The notes: generated by a model from the sequence alone, not told the origin. Positions 1 to 9,263 are shown, numbered from the stretch's first letter. The stretch is DNA of 32,104 nucleotides from Candidatus Kerfeldbacteria bacterium (GCA_016217875.1 JACRFN010000080.1:1-32104), one strand, 5' to 3'. A program made the numbers and translations.

Positions 1-760
1 GGCCGTAACGTGCCAGGGTGCGGCTTTCGCCTTGCAACCTCACCATATCCGCCACGGTGGAGATAGCCACGAGGTCCAGTAGCCACTTTTCATGCGATTC
101 GCGTTCCAGAGGCGGCAGCTGACAGCCCTCATAGCGAAGCAGGCCTTGGACAAGTTTAAAAGCCACACCACCGCCAGATAGGTATCGGAAAGGATAAGTT
201 TCGCCCTCAAGACTTGGGTGAAGAATGGCATAGGCTGGAGGCAGAGTATCCTGCGGCTGGTGGTGGTCGGTAACAATAACATCGAACCCCAGTTCATTGG
301 CATAAGCTACCTGCGCCACATTGGCCACACCGCAATCACAAGTAATGAGCACCCTCGCGCCCTTATCAGCCAAATACTTTACCGCTTCTTTATTAAGCCC
401 ATAGCCTTCCCGCTCGCGGTGAGGCAGATAAACCTCTGTTTGAGCGCCGAGTTTTTTAAGCGTAGATACTACAATAGCCGCCGCGCACACTCCATCGGCA
501 TCATAATCGCCATACACGGCCACGGGTTCCCCCGCCCCTACCGCCTCATATATACGCTCCACGGCTTTACGCATATGACGGAAAAGGTACGGATCATGTA
601 CGTCCTGGCTCCAGTCGGGATTTAAAAATTCATCTATGGCTGTCTGTGTTTTAACCTCTCGATTCCACAACAGTTGCAACAAAACAGGATCGATTTCTGG
701 GAACGACCCTAAAACCTCTGGAGAGACTGGCTCGGCAACTTGCCAACGCTTAGTTGTCAT
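1..760 (-). CDS. recJ: ssDNA-specific exonuclease RecJ, 5' part (runs off the left edge)
   Basis: Not in the ORF track; translated by hand from ATG at 760 (TGATG overlap with the upstream stop): MTTKRWQV...VAVYGDYDADGV...YLPHREREGYGLN...LITCDCG...IVTDHH...LSGGGVAFKL...LDLVAISTVADMV. These are the RecJ/DHH motifs. Confidence 0.96.
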   Translation of the reverse strand, partial: MTTKRWQVAEPVSPEVLGSFPEIDPVLLQLLWNREVKTQTAIDEFLNPDWSQDVHDPYLFRHMRKAVERIYEAVGAGEPVAVYGDYDADGVCAAAIVVSTLKKLGAQTEVYLPHREREGYGLNKEAVKYLADKGARVLITCDCGVANVAQVAYANELGFDVIVTDHHQPQDTLPPAYAILHPSLEGETYPFRYLSGGGVAFKLVQGLLRYEGCQLPPLERESHEKWLLDLVAISTVADMVRLQGESRTLARYG

Positions 761-1647
761 CAGCTTAGTGCTTCCATCAACGACGTAATATCAATATCCT
801 CTAGCGATTGCTCAACCAGGGCCTGATCTTTGATTTGCGGCAGTTCGTCCTCATAAGTTGAGCGTTCCTCCTGATAAAAAAGCCCAGTCGGAATCCTATC
901 TACCCGCGCTTCGTCTATCAACTGTTGGCTGGGCCATTCCATGGCCCGGAGCATGGCCGCCTGTTTATCTTTGGAGTCGTGACCCTCTTTGTCTAATTCG
1001 TAAACGCGATCGTAAAACCAATGGAAAGTGTTGTGATGGTTAAACGTTACACATGGTTGCATCACATCCACCAAGGCAAAGCCTTTGTGTTTCATGGCGC
1101 CAACAATTAACTCAGTCAACTGCTTAACATTACCAGAAAACCCACGGGCCACGTATGTAGCGCCAGCAAGTATAGCCATGGCTATGGGGTCAGCCGGTAT
1201 TTCTACTAAACCAAAGGGCGTAGATTTGGTCACCATGCCTTTTTCCGAGGTGGGTGAGGCCTGCCCCTTGGTCAGACCGTAAATTTGATTGTCGTGCACT
1301 ATGTAGGCTAAGTCCACATTGCGGCGCATGGCGTGCAAGGCATGCCCCAAGCCTATGCTATAACCATCGCCGTCACCACCGACGGCCAGCACCTGAAGTT
1401 TGTGATTGGTGAGCTTGATGGCGGCGGCGGCCGGGATAGTGCGTCCGTGTAGGGCGTGCCAACCGTAGACATTAAGAAACGAGGCCATGTTGCCAGAACA
1501 ACCGATGCCGAAAACAGCGGCTATTTGGTGCGGCTCTAGCCCCTGCGCCACAAAGGCGTTTTTAATGGCTGTCCAAATGCCAAAATCACCGCACCCCGGG
1601 CACCAGGTGGGAAATTGTTTGGTTTCAAAATCTTTAACGGTGGACAT
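760..1647 (-). CDS. 2-oxoacid:ferredoxin oxidoreductase beta subunit (TPP-binding, KorB/PorB type)
   Basis: WCPGCGDFG, GIGCS, LHGR, GGDGDGYSIG (TPP motif), DNQIYGLTKGQASPT, PCVTFN. Confidence 0.95.
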   Translation of the reverse strand: MSTVKDFETKQFPTWCPGCGDFGIWTAIKNAFVAQGLEPHQIAAVFGIGCSGNMASFLNVYGWHALHGRTIPAAAAIKLTNHKLQVLAVGGDGDGYSIGLGHALHAMRRNVDLAYIVHDNQIYGLTKGQASPTSEKGMVTKSTPFGLVEIPADPIAMAILAGATYVARGFSGNVKQLTELIVGAMKHKGFALVDVMQPCVTFNHHNTFHWFYDRVYELDKEGHDSKDKQAAMLRAMEWPSQQLIDEARVDRIPTGLFYQEERSTYEDELPQIKDQALVEQSLEDIDITSLMEALS

Positions 1648-1654
1648 AATTACT

Positions 1655-2581
1655 TCATTTAAATTTTACCACGATTGGAGCATGATCGCTCTCTATAATA
1701 AAAGCTTCTTTGCTGGGCTCAATACCATCTTGATCATTAAGAGATTTATTCATAATACGCACACTAGCAACATTTTTACTTATGTTATTTGAAATTAACA
1801 TATGATCAATGAGTCGTTTAACGCCCAGTGTAAGTTTGGAGTATCGCTTTGGTGGAGGGATGCGCTCGCAAACATTCTCTAAATTTCCGCCAAACATCGC
1901 TTCATCACCTCTTATGGCTTTAACTGTCGGACTAAGTTCGGTGTCGTTATAATCTCCGGCAATTACTAATTGTATATTGGGCACAGATGTTATCAACTCA
2001 TCCACAAACGAACGAAGTGCCCGCGCCTCAGCTAACCGAGCTAACTCAGCTCGAATGTAACCATCACAGACATCAACTTGGCTCTGTGGTTCTTGTTGAT
2101 GACCAGCCGTATCAGTAAGGTAAGTTGGATTTGAACTCTTGAAATGAACACCTATAATGTAAAGCGGAAGTTTATTATATGTTGTTTTTGCTAAAATATA
2201 CGCTCTCCTCTGCGTACCCTTAGCACCATCTGTCTTTGAATCTTTGATACTTAATGGCGGCAACGACGGTACAAGACGGATAGATTCACAACTGCATGAT
2301 AAATTTCTCCCAAATAGTAGGCCATTTGCAATTCCGCGACGATCAGGTTCAGCCACGAACATATCGTACTTCCTGGGTAGCGCCGCAGTAATTTTTCCCA
2401 AGACCTCTGGTGAACCAACTTCTTGTAGTACGATAATGTCAGCTTTAAGCGATGCGATTACTTTAGTTAGGTATTTGGTGCGCTTAGCAACAAAGTCCTC
2501 ATCGTAACTAATTGTCTTGCTATAATGCTGCCACTCGCCACTACCGAACATATTCTTTAGGTTTAGTGTTGCGACGATCAT
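1655..2581 (-). CDS. Endonuclease/exonuclease/phosphatase (EEP) family protein
   Basis: ATLNLKN, ADIIVLQEV, DRRGI, VHFKS, IAGDYND, LIDHMLIS and the C-terminal SDHAPIV. Confidence 0.9.
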   Translation of the reverse strand: MIVATLNLKNMFGSGEWQHYSKTISYDEDFVAKRTKYLTKVIASLKADIIVLQEVGSPEVLGKITAALPRKYDMFVAEPDRRGIANGLLFGRNLSCSCESIRLVPSLPPLSIKDSKTDGAKGTQRRAYILAKTTYNKLPLYIIGVHFKSSNPTYLTDTAGHQQEPQSQVDVCDGYIRAELARLAEARALRSFVDELITSVPNIQLVIAGDYNDTELSPTVKAIRGDEAMFGGNLENVCERIPPPKRYSKLTLGVKRLIDHMLISNNISKNVASVRIMNKSLNDQDGIEPSKEAFIIESDHAPIVVKFK

Positions 2582-2584
2582 ACT

Positions 2585-4360
2585 TTAGACACTTCCAGTA
2601 TTAATTGCGGACACTATCTCTTCGGGATGTATCGGCCGGCCGTCGTACTTTAAGAGTTTGTCAGTAATATCAATCCCTGTTCGCTCACGAATAAGCCCGC
2701 CGAGCTGGCCCGAGTAGTTATTTTCAATCAAAAGGCGGTGTTTGGCCTGGCGCAGAGCAGCGTCAACTTCTTTTATCGGGAATGGCTCAAGTAACCTGAT
2801 TTGCAAAAAATTAACACTCAAACTCTTACCTGCCTCGCCGGCAGGCAGGCTCTTACTTTCTAACATCTTCATAGCTTCCAGTATCGGCCCTTTCATAGAA
2901 CCCCAACCCACTATAGTAACATCAGCCTCTTTAGGACCATACAGTTTAACCGGCTCAGGCACGTCGGCCCGGGCAAACTGCAGCTTGCGCATACGCTTGT
3001 CCATCATCAGCTTTCTCATAGCTGACTCTTCGTTGGATAACCCGCTCGGCTCATGCTCGTCGCTGTTGGCCACAAATACACCGCCCGGCGTGCCTGGAAT
3101 CACGCGAGGGCTTACGCCGGTCTTGGTATCAGCGTAACGTTCAAACCTCTCGTTGGGCTGGCGGCCCGTCACATCAGCCCACTCTCCCCTATCAATTTTT
3201 AAATTATCTGTCTTAAAAAAGGGCAGAGTCTGCCTGGCCTCGGCCAGATATTTATCTGTCAGAATAATAACCGGCAATTGGTACTTTTCTGCCAGGTTAA
3301 AGGCCTGGAAAGCCAGCTCAAAACATTCTGCCGGATCGCCTGGCGCCAAGATAACGCGCGGGAAATCACCTTGGGCCGCGTGAAGCACAAAACGCAAGTC
3401 GCCCTGCTCAGTCCAAGTGGGCAAGCCCGTAGCCGGCCCAGGTCGCTGGGCCAGCACGATAACAGCTGGCGATTCTACCATGCCTGCTAAACCAAGCGCT
3501 TCCACCATTAGTGAGAATCCGCCGCCGGAGGTGGCGGTCATAGCCCGCACGCCAGCGAAGCCAGCCGCGGCCACCATATTCATGGCCGCGATTTCATCTT
3601 CTGTTTGCTTGACTACTAAATTATATTTCCGCTCGCTGTTTGCTAAATAATTAAAAATAGACGAGGCCGGGGTCATAGGATAGGCGGCGCAGAATTTGAC
3701 TCCAGCCTTAATAGCGCCTATGGCTATGGCCTCATTGCCGTTCACCAGCAGCCGCCGGCTGTCTTGGGGATGCACTTCCAATTTATAATTAAATTTATCT
3801 TGGAATTTTTCCGCCACATAATCATACCCTGCCCTGGCTGCCGCCACGTTCAGCTTTATTATAGTCTCGCCCTTTTTCTTAAAAGCCCGAGCTATTAACT
3901 CGCTTAAATAATCAAAAGGAAATTGTACCAAAGCCAAAGAGGCTGCCACCGCCACGGTATTGCGCATCACTTTTTCTCCCCCCGCCTGCTTGGCCAGAGT
4001 CTCTAAGGGTACGGGGAAGACGCTAATGTCGCCACGCTGACAGGAGTAGGTTCTTAAATCTTTATAGTCAAGGTCAAAAATCAATCCCCCGCCAGGTATT
4101 ACTTCCGCTAAGTGCCTGTCTGCCGTCTCCAGATTCAGGGCTATTAGCAAATCAATTTGCGAGGAATGTGATTGGACATTGTCTTGGCGCACCCAAACCT
4201 GATAGGTGTTGTGCCCGCCGCGGATCAGCGAAGGGTATTCAAGATAAGCAAAACTCTCCAGGCCGCCATGAGCACAAGCATAACCAAAAATCTCCCCGGC
4301 CGAAGCTATGCCGTAGCCGGCTTCGCCGCCTATTTTCCAATTTAGATTATTGATTTTCAT
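2585..4360 (-). CDS. 2-oxoacid:ferredoxin oxidoreductase alpha subunit (fused gamma-alpha, KorA/PorA type)
   Basis: GGEAGYGIASAG, IRGGH, YPMTPAS, EDEIAA, ATSGGGFSLM, QRPGPATGLPT..EQGD; 591 aa. Confidence 0.95.
   Translation of the reverse strand: MKINNLNWKIGGEAGYGIASAGEIFGYACAHGGLESFAYLEYPSLIRGGHNTYQVWVRQDNVQSHSSQIDLLIALNLETADRHLAEVIPGGGLIFDLDYKDLRTYSCQRGDISVFPVPLETLAKQAGGEKVMRNTVAVAASLALVQFPFDYLSELIARAFKKKGETIIKLNVAAARAGYDYVAEKFQDKFNYKLEVHPQDSRRLLVNGNEAIAIGAIKAGVKFCAAYPMTPASSIFNYLANSERKYNLVVKQTEDEIAAMNMVAAAGFAGVRAMTATSGGGFSLMVEALGLAGMVESPAVIVLAQRPGPATGLPTWTEQGDLRFVLHAAQGDFPRVILAPGDPAECFELAFQAFNLAEKYQLPVIILTDKYLAEARQTLPFFKTDNLKIDRGEWADVTGRQPNERFERYADTKTGVSPRVIPGTPGGVFVANSDEHEPSGLSNEESAMRKLMMDKRMRKLQFARADVPEPVKLYGPKEADVTIVGWGSMKGPILEAMKMLESKSLPAGEAGKSLSVNFLQIRLLEPFPIKEVDAALRQAKHRLLIENNYSGQLGGLIRERTGIDITDKLLKYDGRPIHPEEIVSAINTGSV
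2823..2856. repeat. Near-palindromic 21-bp element between short direct repeats, in frame inside the OFOR alpha gene
   Basis: CTCTTA-CCTGCCTCGCCGGCAGGCAGG-CTCTTA. The element (2829-2849) plus one repeat is 27 nt, i.e. 9 codons (KSLPAGEAG). Confidence 0.7.
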
Positions 4361-4602
4361 GGGGGTATCTCTTTAATTTTATTCAAGGCCTGGCCTAATT
4401 TTAAGGCAATTATTACCACCAAAACGGTAACCAACACGGCATAAGCAAACTTGGCCCAGATAGCCGACTGGGTACCAAAGATTTCTTTAAACAGCGATTG
4501 AATGGCATCGTTCCAGGCCAGGGCCGCCACCAGGCCGAAACCGGCCGTAGCCAGCTCTGATACTTTTTGTATTATTTCCCGCTTAAGAGATTGCTGGCTC
4601 AT
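4357..4602 (-). CDS. Small two-helix membrane protein, DUF5654-like
   Basis: AGFGLVAALAWNDAIQ...YAVLVT signature. ATG at 4602 preferred over GTG at 4620; ATGA overlap with the OFOR alpha start. Confidence 0.8.
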   Translation of the reverse strand: MSQQSLKREIIQKVSELATAGFGLVAALAWNDAIQSLFKEIFGTQSAIWAKFAYAVLVTVLVVIIALKLGQALNKIKEIPP

Positions 4603-4619
4603 ATAAGCATTATTATACA

Positions 4620-5321
4620 CTATTGCTCGTATTTACGCCGCTGCCCTTTAAGGCTGGATGATAACTTACGTGCTAAAGCTGATTTATGCCAGCCATATGG
4701 ATCAGCCATATATATAGAACCGAGCTTTAATAATTCCGGGGTTAAAACACCTTTGTTCAAAAATGCTTTACATAATTCCTGCCTGGTCACACAGGCCTTT
4801 AATGTTATGTGCCTGCCGGCCAGCCATTTCTTTAATTTACGCCAGTTGGAACGATTCCCCTGACCACTTATGTAAAGCAATAAAATATGCGTAATATTCA
4901 GGCCATCGCGGCGTGCTTGCCTGACCATTTGACGTTTGGTACTGCCCAACAGCAAAGTATCGTCTATCAAAACCGCGCGGGCACCGGCCCGATAAATACC
5001 TTCCACCGCTCTCTTAGTTAAAAAATGTTTACGTTCCTTGCGCACGTACACGAACGGTTTATTCAATTTATCAGCCACCAAAGCGCCCCAGGCAATACCA
5101 GCGGTCTCAGCTCCGGCCACGACATCAACTTTATACTTTTTAGCTTCGCTGGCTAAGGTAGACACAATAGCCTGCCTCAATTTTGGTAAAGCTACGGCGC
5201 CACGAAAATTGAAATAATAAGGTACCCAATAGCCCTGGCCATGCTTAAAGGGGCCCCAGGCAATCACTTGCGGGTATCGTATTATGATTTTAAGCAGTTT
5301 TGATTGTACTGAGGATGGCAT
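4620..5321 (-). CDS. Type I phosphoribosyltransferase, divergent orotate PRTase (PyrE)-like
   Basis: PYYFNFR, DVVAGAETAGI, PFVYVRK...VEG, PRPP-binding loop VLIDDTLLLGST. Start uncertain (5321 or 5357). Confidence 0.8.
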   Translation of the reverse strand: MPSSVQSKLLKIIIRYPQVIAWGPFKHGQGYWVPYYFNFRGAVALPKLRQAIVSTLASEAKKYKVDVVAGAETAGIAWGALVADKLNKPFVYVRKERKHFLTKRAVEGIYRAGARAVLIDDTLLLGSTKRQMVRQARRDGLNITHILLLYISGQGNRSNWRKLKKWLAGRHITLKACVTRQELCKAFLNKGVLTPELLKLGSIYMADPYGWHKSALARKLSSSLKGQRRKYEQ

Positions 5322-5919
5322 CAACGTCTTGAAACTGGTGAATTTTATCCCATACATCAGCTTGAATAGCCTCTTTACTGTGCAGTAATTCTAAAACATC
5401 CCACCAGTATTCATGCACCCACAACTGCGGCGGCAAAGCGTTTTGCTTTTGTAATGATTTAATCCAACCAATACAGGTTATCAACTCGTCTAGCGTGCCC
5501 ACTTGCCCGGGAAAAACCACCACCACCGGCATTATGGCAATAAGCATTTTACGGGTCTGATAAGAATTTACTATGGCTTTAGTGCCAAAATGAGTTAACT
5601 CATGATAGGGGCAGGCGATACCTAAGGTTATATCAGGCTCAGCTTCAGTCACGGCTAACATAGTGCCGCCGTTCTCACCCCCGTTAACTAACACGCCACC
5701 CCGCGACGAGACGCCAGCGGCTAGCTTTTGCGCTTCATAGCAAATGGGATGCGCTTGCGGCAGACTGCCGCCGCCAGAAACAGACACCACCAACCCATCG
5801 GCTTTCACTTGAGCCTCGCCTGAGGCTACGCCCTTCATCACCGCTACTAAACCCGCGGTATTCTTGACTTGGCCTTCTTGGATGACCACTCCGGGCACTG
5901 TGCCAAATAGTTCGCTCAT
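5290..5919 (-). CDS. LOG/SLOG-family nucleotide phosphoribohydrolase-like protein
   Basis: VSVSGGG, NGGENGGTMLAV, TRKML and VFPGQVGTLDEL (variant of the LOG PGGxGTxxE motif). Confidence 0.78.
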   Translation of the reverse strand: MSELFGTVPGVVIQEGQVKNTAGLVAVMKGVASGEAQVKADGLVVSVSGGGSLPQAHPICYEAQKLAAGVSSRGGVLVNGGENGGTMLAVTEAEPDITLGIACPYHELTHFGTKAIVNSYQTRKMLIAIMPVVVVFPGQVGTLDELITCIGWIKSLQKQNALPPQLWVHEYWWDVLELLHSKEAIQADVWDKIHQFQDVDAILSTIKTA

Positions 5920-6467
5920 ATAAATTTTCCCCCTTGTAATTGTTTAACTTTTTCAAACCAAGCCCATTTAGTTTCGCTTCCCGGGCCGTTCCACGAGGAG
6001 CGATTATCTATAGAGTCGACGGCTATTTTACACATCTGGGGAGACAAATAACCGTATTCATTAAGTAGCCGATACCAATCAGTCCAGGTACATAAATAAT
6101 GTACCTTAATTCCCTTGCTTTGGATAATCTTCCTACTACTATCTTGTCCTGGGATAAAAGCATCACAGACTACCACAATATCAGTAACCAGGCCGCCGCT
6201 TTGTTCAATATTGGCGATAAATTTAAGCTTATTCTTGCCTGTCACGTAAGAATCATCTATTAAAGCCACGTGTTCTCCTGGATTCAATACTCCTTCTACG
6301 GCATAACGCGGCGGGGCAGGTCTATCCTCACGCACATAACACATAGGTATCTTGGTGACCATGTATACTGCCGTGGCTAAAATTATTCCCGTAGTTTCGC
6401 CACCAACCACCTTATCTATCTTGAGTTTTTTAACTATAGCCCCCATCTCTTCAGCCAGCACCTGCAA
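5916..6467 (-). CDS. Second PyrE-like phosphoribosyltransferase, apparently 5'-truncated (possible pseudogene)
   Basis: DKVVGGETTGI, PMCYVRE...AVEG.L..GEHVALIDDSYVTG. The frame stays open upstream (RIYSYPDT, 6491-6468) only as far as the ackA stop, and the N-terminal hood segment is absent. Confidence 0.72.
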   Translation of the reverse strand: MQVLAEEMGAIVKKLKIDKVVGGETTGIILATAVYMVTKIPMCYVREDRPAPPRYAVEGVLNPGEHVALIDDSYVTGKNKLKFIANIEQSGGLVTDIVVVCDAFIPGQDSSRKIIQSKGIKVHYLCTWTDWYRLLNEYGYLSPQMCKIAVDSIDNRSSWNGPGSETKWAWFEKVKQLQGGKFI

Positions 6468-6491
6468 AGTGTCCGGATAACTATAAATCCG

Positions 6492-7649
6492 CTATTTAAC
6501 TGATACCTCCCGCACGATGGCGAGTTCTTCGTTGGTGGGAATGACTAGTACTGGAATGGTCTTAAGTGTCGGCAGGCCGTTCATAATTAAGTTACGCACC
6601 ACTTCGTTTCGCTCGCCAATGCCGCCGGTAAAAACAATGGCGTCCACCCGGCCCAAAATGGCTGCGTAAGCGCCAATGTATTTTTGCACGCGGTACAAAA
6701 ATACTTTTAGCGCTAAACGCGCTTGTTTTTTCTCTGCAGCGCTTACCCGGCCGATGGCCTTAAACCCTAAAACTTCGTAACCAGCCCGCACCAGCACCTC
6801 GCGCATGTCTGCCACCCCGCTCACACCTTTTAAGCCGCTCTCTTTCTGAAGTAATTCGTCAAGTTTATTTAGGCTTAATCTATTCTGTTTCAATAAATAA
6901 ATAATTACCCCTGGGTCTATATCTCCGCCCCGGGTGCCCATCACCAAACCCTCCAGTGGAGTAAACCCCATAGAGGTGTCCACCGCCCGCCCAGCCCGCA
7001 CCGCTGTCAGGCTGCAACCTGAGCCAAGATGACAAGTAATAAGGTTCAAAACCTCCAAAGGCTTTTGCAGCTTCCTTGAGGCCTGCCGAGCCACCAAGCT
7101 ATGGGAAATGCCATGAAAGCCGAAACGCCTGAGGCCGTACTTTTTAACCAGCGCTTGAGGTAGGGCATATTCGCGCGCCTGCTCGGGCAAACCGGCAAAC
7201 CAAGCAGTATCAAACACAGCCAGGTGACGTGCCCGGGGCAAAAATCTTTTAGCACTTATAGTCACCTCAAGTTGTACTGGGTTATGAAGTGGAGCCAAAG
7301 AATTATAACGGCTTAACTGTTTAATAACACTAGCCGTAAGCACGGTCGCTGAATTAAATTTAATTCCACCATGAACAACACGATGGCCGACGATTGTTAC
7401 TAAATTAAGGTCAATTTTGTGCCAAGCTAAAAGTTTAAGCACGTAGCCAAGGGCCGCACTGTGATTAGCCAAAGCAATATTTTTTACTGATGGCTTGCCT
7501 CTCAGGCGCCATTCGGCAAAACTGCCCCCAGCGCCTATCCTTTCACAAACTCCTCGTCCAATTTCCAACAAAGACTCTGGCTCAAACAAAGCCCACTTCA
7601 AGGTGGCGCTGCCGGCATTTAAGACCAAAATATAGCTGGCGTTTGGCAT
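6492..7649 (-). CDS. ackA: Acetate kinase
   Basis: ILVLNAGSATLKW, GHRVVHGG, APLHNP, VFDTA, RRFGFHGISH, HLGSGCS, DTSMGFTPLEGL.MGTR.GD.DP, FTGGIGE, PTNEE. ATG at 7649 (TTG at 7655 possible). Confidence 0.96.
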   Translation of the reverse strand: MPNASYILVLNAGSATLKWALFEPESLLEIGRGVCERIGAGGSFAEWRLRGKPSVKNIALANHSAALGYVLKLLAWHKIDLNLVTIVGHRVVHGGIKFNSATVLTASVIKQLSRYNSLAPLHNPVQLEVTISAKRFLPRARHLAVFDTAWFAGLPEQAREYALPQALVKKYGLRRFGFHGISHSLVARQASRKLQKPLEVLNLITCHLGSGCSLTAVRAGRAVDTSMGFTPLEGLVMGTRGGDIDPGVIIYLLKQNRLSLNKLDELLQKESGLKGVSGVADMREVLVRAGYEVLGFKAIGRVSAAEKKQARLALKVFLYRVQKYIGAYAAILGRVDAIVFTGGIGERNEVVRNLIMNGLPTLKTIPVLVIPTNEELAIVREVSVK

Positions 7650-7651
7650 AA

Positions 7652-8227
7652 TCAATCAACTATGGCGCCCCGCTCGCCGCTTTTTAATCCGGCCGCATTG
7701 GCTTCGTCTGTATCTATCATAAAAGACAGCTCATCAACACCCTCTCGACTGCATACAAAAACATCATGCCAAGTCACAGGCCTGGCGCCGTCTATTTTAA
7801 TACTTATCACATCACCGTGCTTTAGGCCCCAAGCCCGGGCTTGAGTGGGATTAATGTGTAAATGACGTTGAGCCACTATCACACCTTGCTCAAGCTCAAC
7901 ACTGCCAGCCTTACCTTCAAGGCGTGCACCCGGAGTACCAGCCAGAGTTCCTGATACTCGCAACGCCACAGGCAAACCAAGCAGACGGCAGTCAGTAACC
8001 GATAATTCAACTTGTGTGGCTGGCCTCAGTGGTCCTACGACGCGGCAGGCCAGCTTACCCTTGGGCCCAACAATGGTTACTTTCTCCTCAGCCGCAAACT
8101 GGCCAGGTTGTGAAATTTGACGCGCCAGATGAAGCTCTGATCCGGCGCCAAAAAGTTTAGCCAGGTGTTCTTGACTTAAGTGGACATGACGGGCCGAAAC
8201 TTCAATCGTAACCTCGCGCTTTGACAT
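7652..8227 (-). CDS. pduL: PduL-type phosphate acyltransferase (phosphotransacylase)
   Basis: VSARHVHLS, ISQPGQFAAEE, GPLR..TQVELS.TD, GVIVAQRHLH, IDTDEANAA. ATG at 8227 preferred. Confidence 0.93.
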   Translation of the reverse strand: MSKREVTIEVSARHVHLSQEHLAKLFGAGSELHLARQISQPGQFAAEEKVTIVGPKGKLACRVVGPLRPATQVELSVTDCRLLGLPVALRVSGTLAGTPGARLEGKAGSVELEQGVIVAQRHLHINPTQARAWGLKHGDVISIKIDGARPVTWHDVFVCSREGVDELSFMIDTDEANAAGLKSGERGAIVD

Positions 8228-9197
8228 ATTGACGTTCAAAAGACTTAAGCTGTGGTAGGGTCAGCAATCCACGCTGGGCTCCAACCTGAAGTATGACTGA
8301 GCTGGAATTAAGCATGCCCCAGCGCATGGCCTGTTCTATCCTGCCGCCAGAACTCACGTAGCCAGCCAACCAACCAGAACCGAAACCATCGCCGGCGCCT
8401 GTAGTATTAACCAGCTCAACCTCCAGAGAATGGTGATAATACACCTGCCAGCCGTCGTAAAAATGGGCACCTTTAGCGCCTTCGGTCATTAAGACATTCT
8501 TAGCGCCTGATCTATGCAAGGCCTCAAGTAGGCCTGCAGTCGTACCGTCCCTTAATTTAAGATCGCGAGCTAAAAATTCAGCCTCGGCGTGGTTTAAATC
8601 AAGTATGGTTACATATGGCAAAAGCCTGCGCATGGCTCGGCTATCCTCGAGCTGCTTAGTGCCCGGGTTCCAAAATACACTTTGTTTATTCTCTTTAGCG
8701 GACTTGAATAAAGCCAATAGTTGACTGGACCAACGTGGCGATGCCAGAGACGTAACGTAAAACCAACTGCCGGGCACTGGTAGACTGCTCGGTATTTTTA
8801 GATTCTTAGCCGCGCCGCGCGCCACAAAAGCCACGTGGTCACGCGGTCCGCCGGTAGTGACCACAAAAGATAATGGCGTTGTCTCGGCGCTGTCACGTTG
8901 AAGGCGGTTAGTAACCACGCCCTTGAGGCGTAGATTCTTAACTACTTCGTCCCCGCGCCAATCCCTACCTAATCTAGTAATAATGGTGGCTGACAAACCC
9001 AAGCGAGTCAGTCCGACGCTGACGTTGGCCGCTCCCCCGCCGAAACCATAGGTGACGTCTTTGGCATCAAGTTTTCCGCCGTAGGGAAAGGCTAAAAACC
9101 GCCGACGCCGCCTGGCGGCTGACAATAATTTAGCCTCAGGAGTGGTAAAAAGAACGTCCCAAGTAGCGCTACCAATAACAAACACGTGGTTAACCAT
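8202..9197 (-). CDS. PfkB/ribokinase-family carbohydrate kinase
   Basis: IGSATWD, GGGAANVSVGLTRLG, G.D.RG, WNPG, N..EA, TEGAKG, NTTGAGDGFGSG. Confidence 0.92.
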   Translation of the reverse strand: MVNHVFVIGSATWDVLFTTPEAKLLSAARRRRRFLAFPYGGKLDAKDVTYGFGGGAANVSVGLTRLGLSATIITRLGRDWRGDEVVKNLRLKGVVTNRLQRDSAETTPLSFVVTTGGPRDHVAFVARGAAKNLKIPSSLPVPGSWFYVTSLASPRWSSQLLALFKSAKENKQSVFWNPGTKQLEDSRAMRRLLPYVTILDLNHAEAEFLARDLKLRDGTTAGLLEALHRSGAKNVLMTEGAKGAHFYDGWQVYYHHSLEVELVNTTGAGDGFGSGWLAGYVSSGGRIEQAMRWGMLNSSSVILQVGAQRGLLTLPQLKSFERQYVKARGYD

Positions 9198-9204
9198 ATA
9201 ACAA

Positions 9205-9213
9205 ATTGTACCA
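9205..9213 (-). promoter_or_regulatory. Extended -10 promoter of the PfkB-kinase operon (likely leaderless)
   Basis: Minus strand TG-G-TACAAT, then 7 nt, then the ATG at 9197; no SD sequence. Confidence 0.55.
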
Positions 9214-9246
9214 CAGGCGAGGGCCTAGCCACTAGCCGCCGGCCAC

Positions 9247-9255
9247 TGCTATAGT
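9247..9255 (+). promoter_or_regulatory. Extended -10 promoter of the divergent membrane-protein gene (likely leaderless)
   Basis: TG-C-TATAGT, then 8 nt, then the ATG at 9264. Confidence 0.5.
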
Positions 9256-9263
9256 AAGTGTGT

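Noticed and set aside
40..625. ORFs 40..303 (-) and 218..625 (+)
   Set aside because: They are off-frame and antisense shadows of recJ, which occupies 1..760 on the minus strand.
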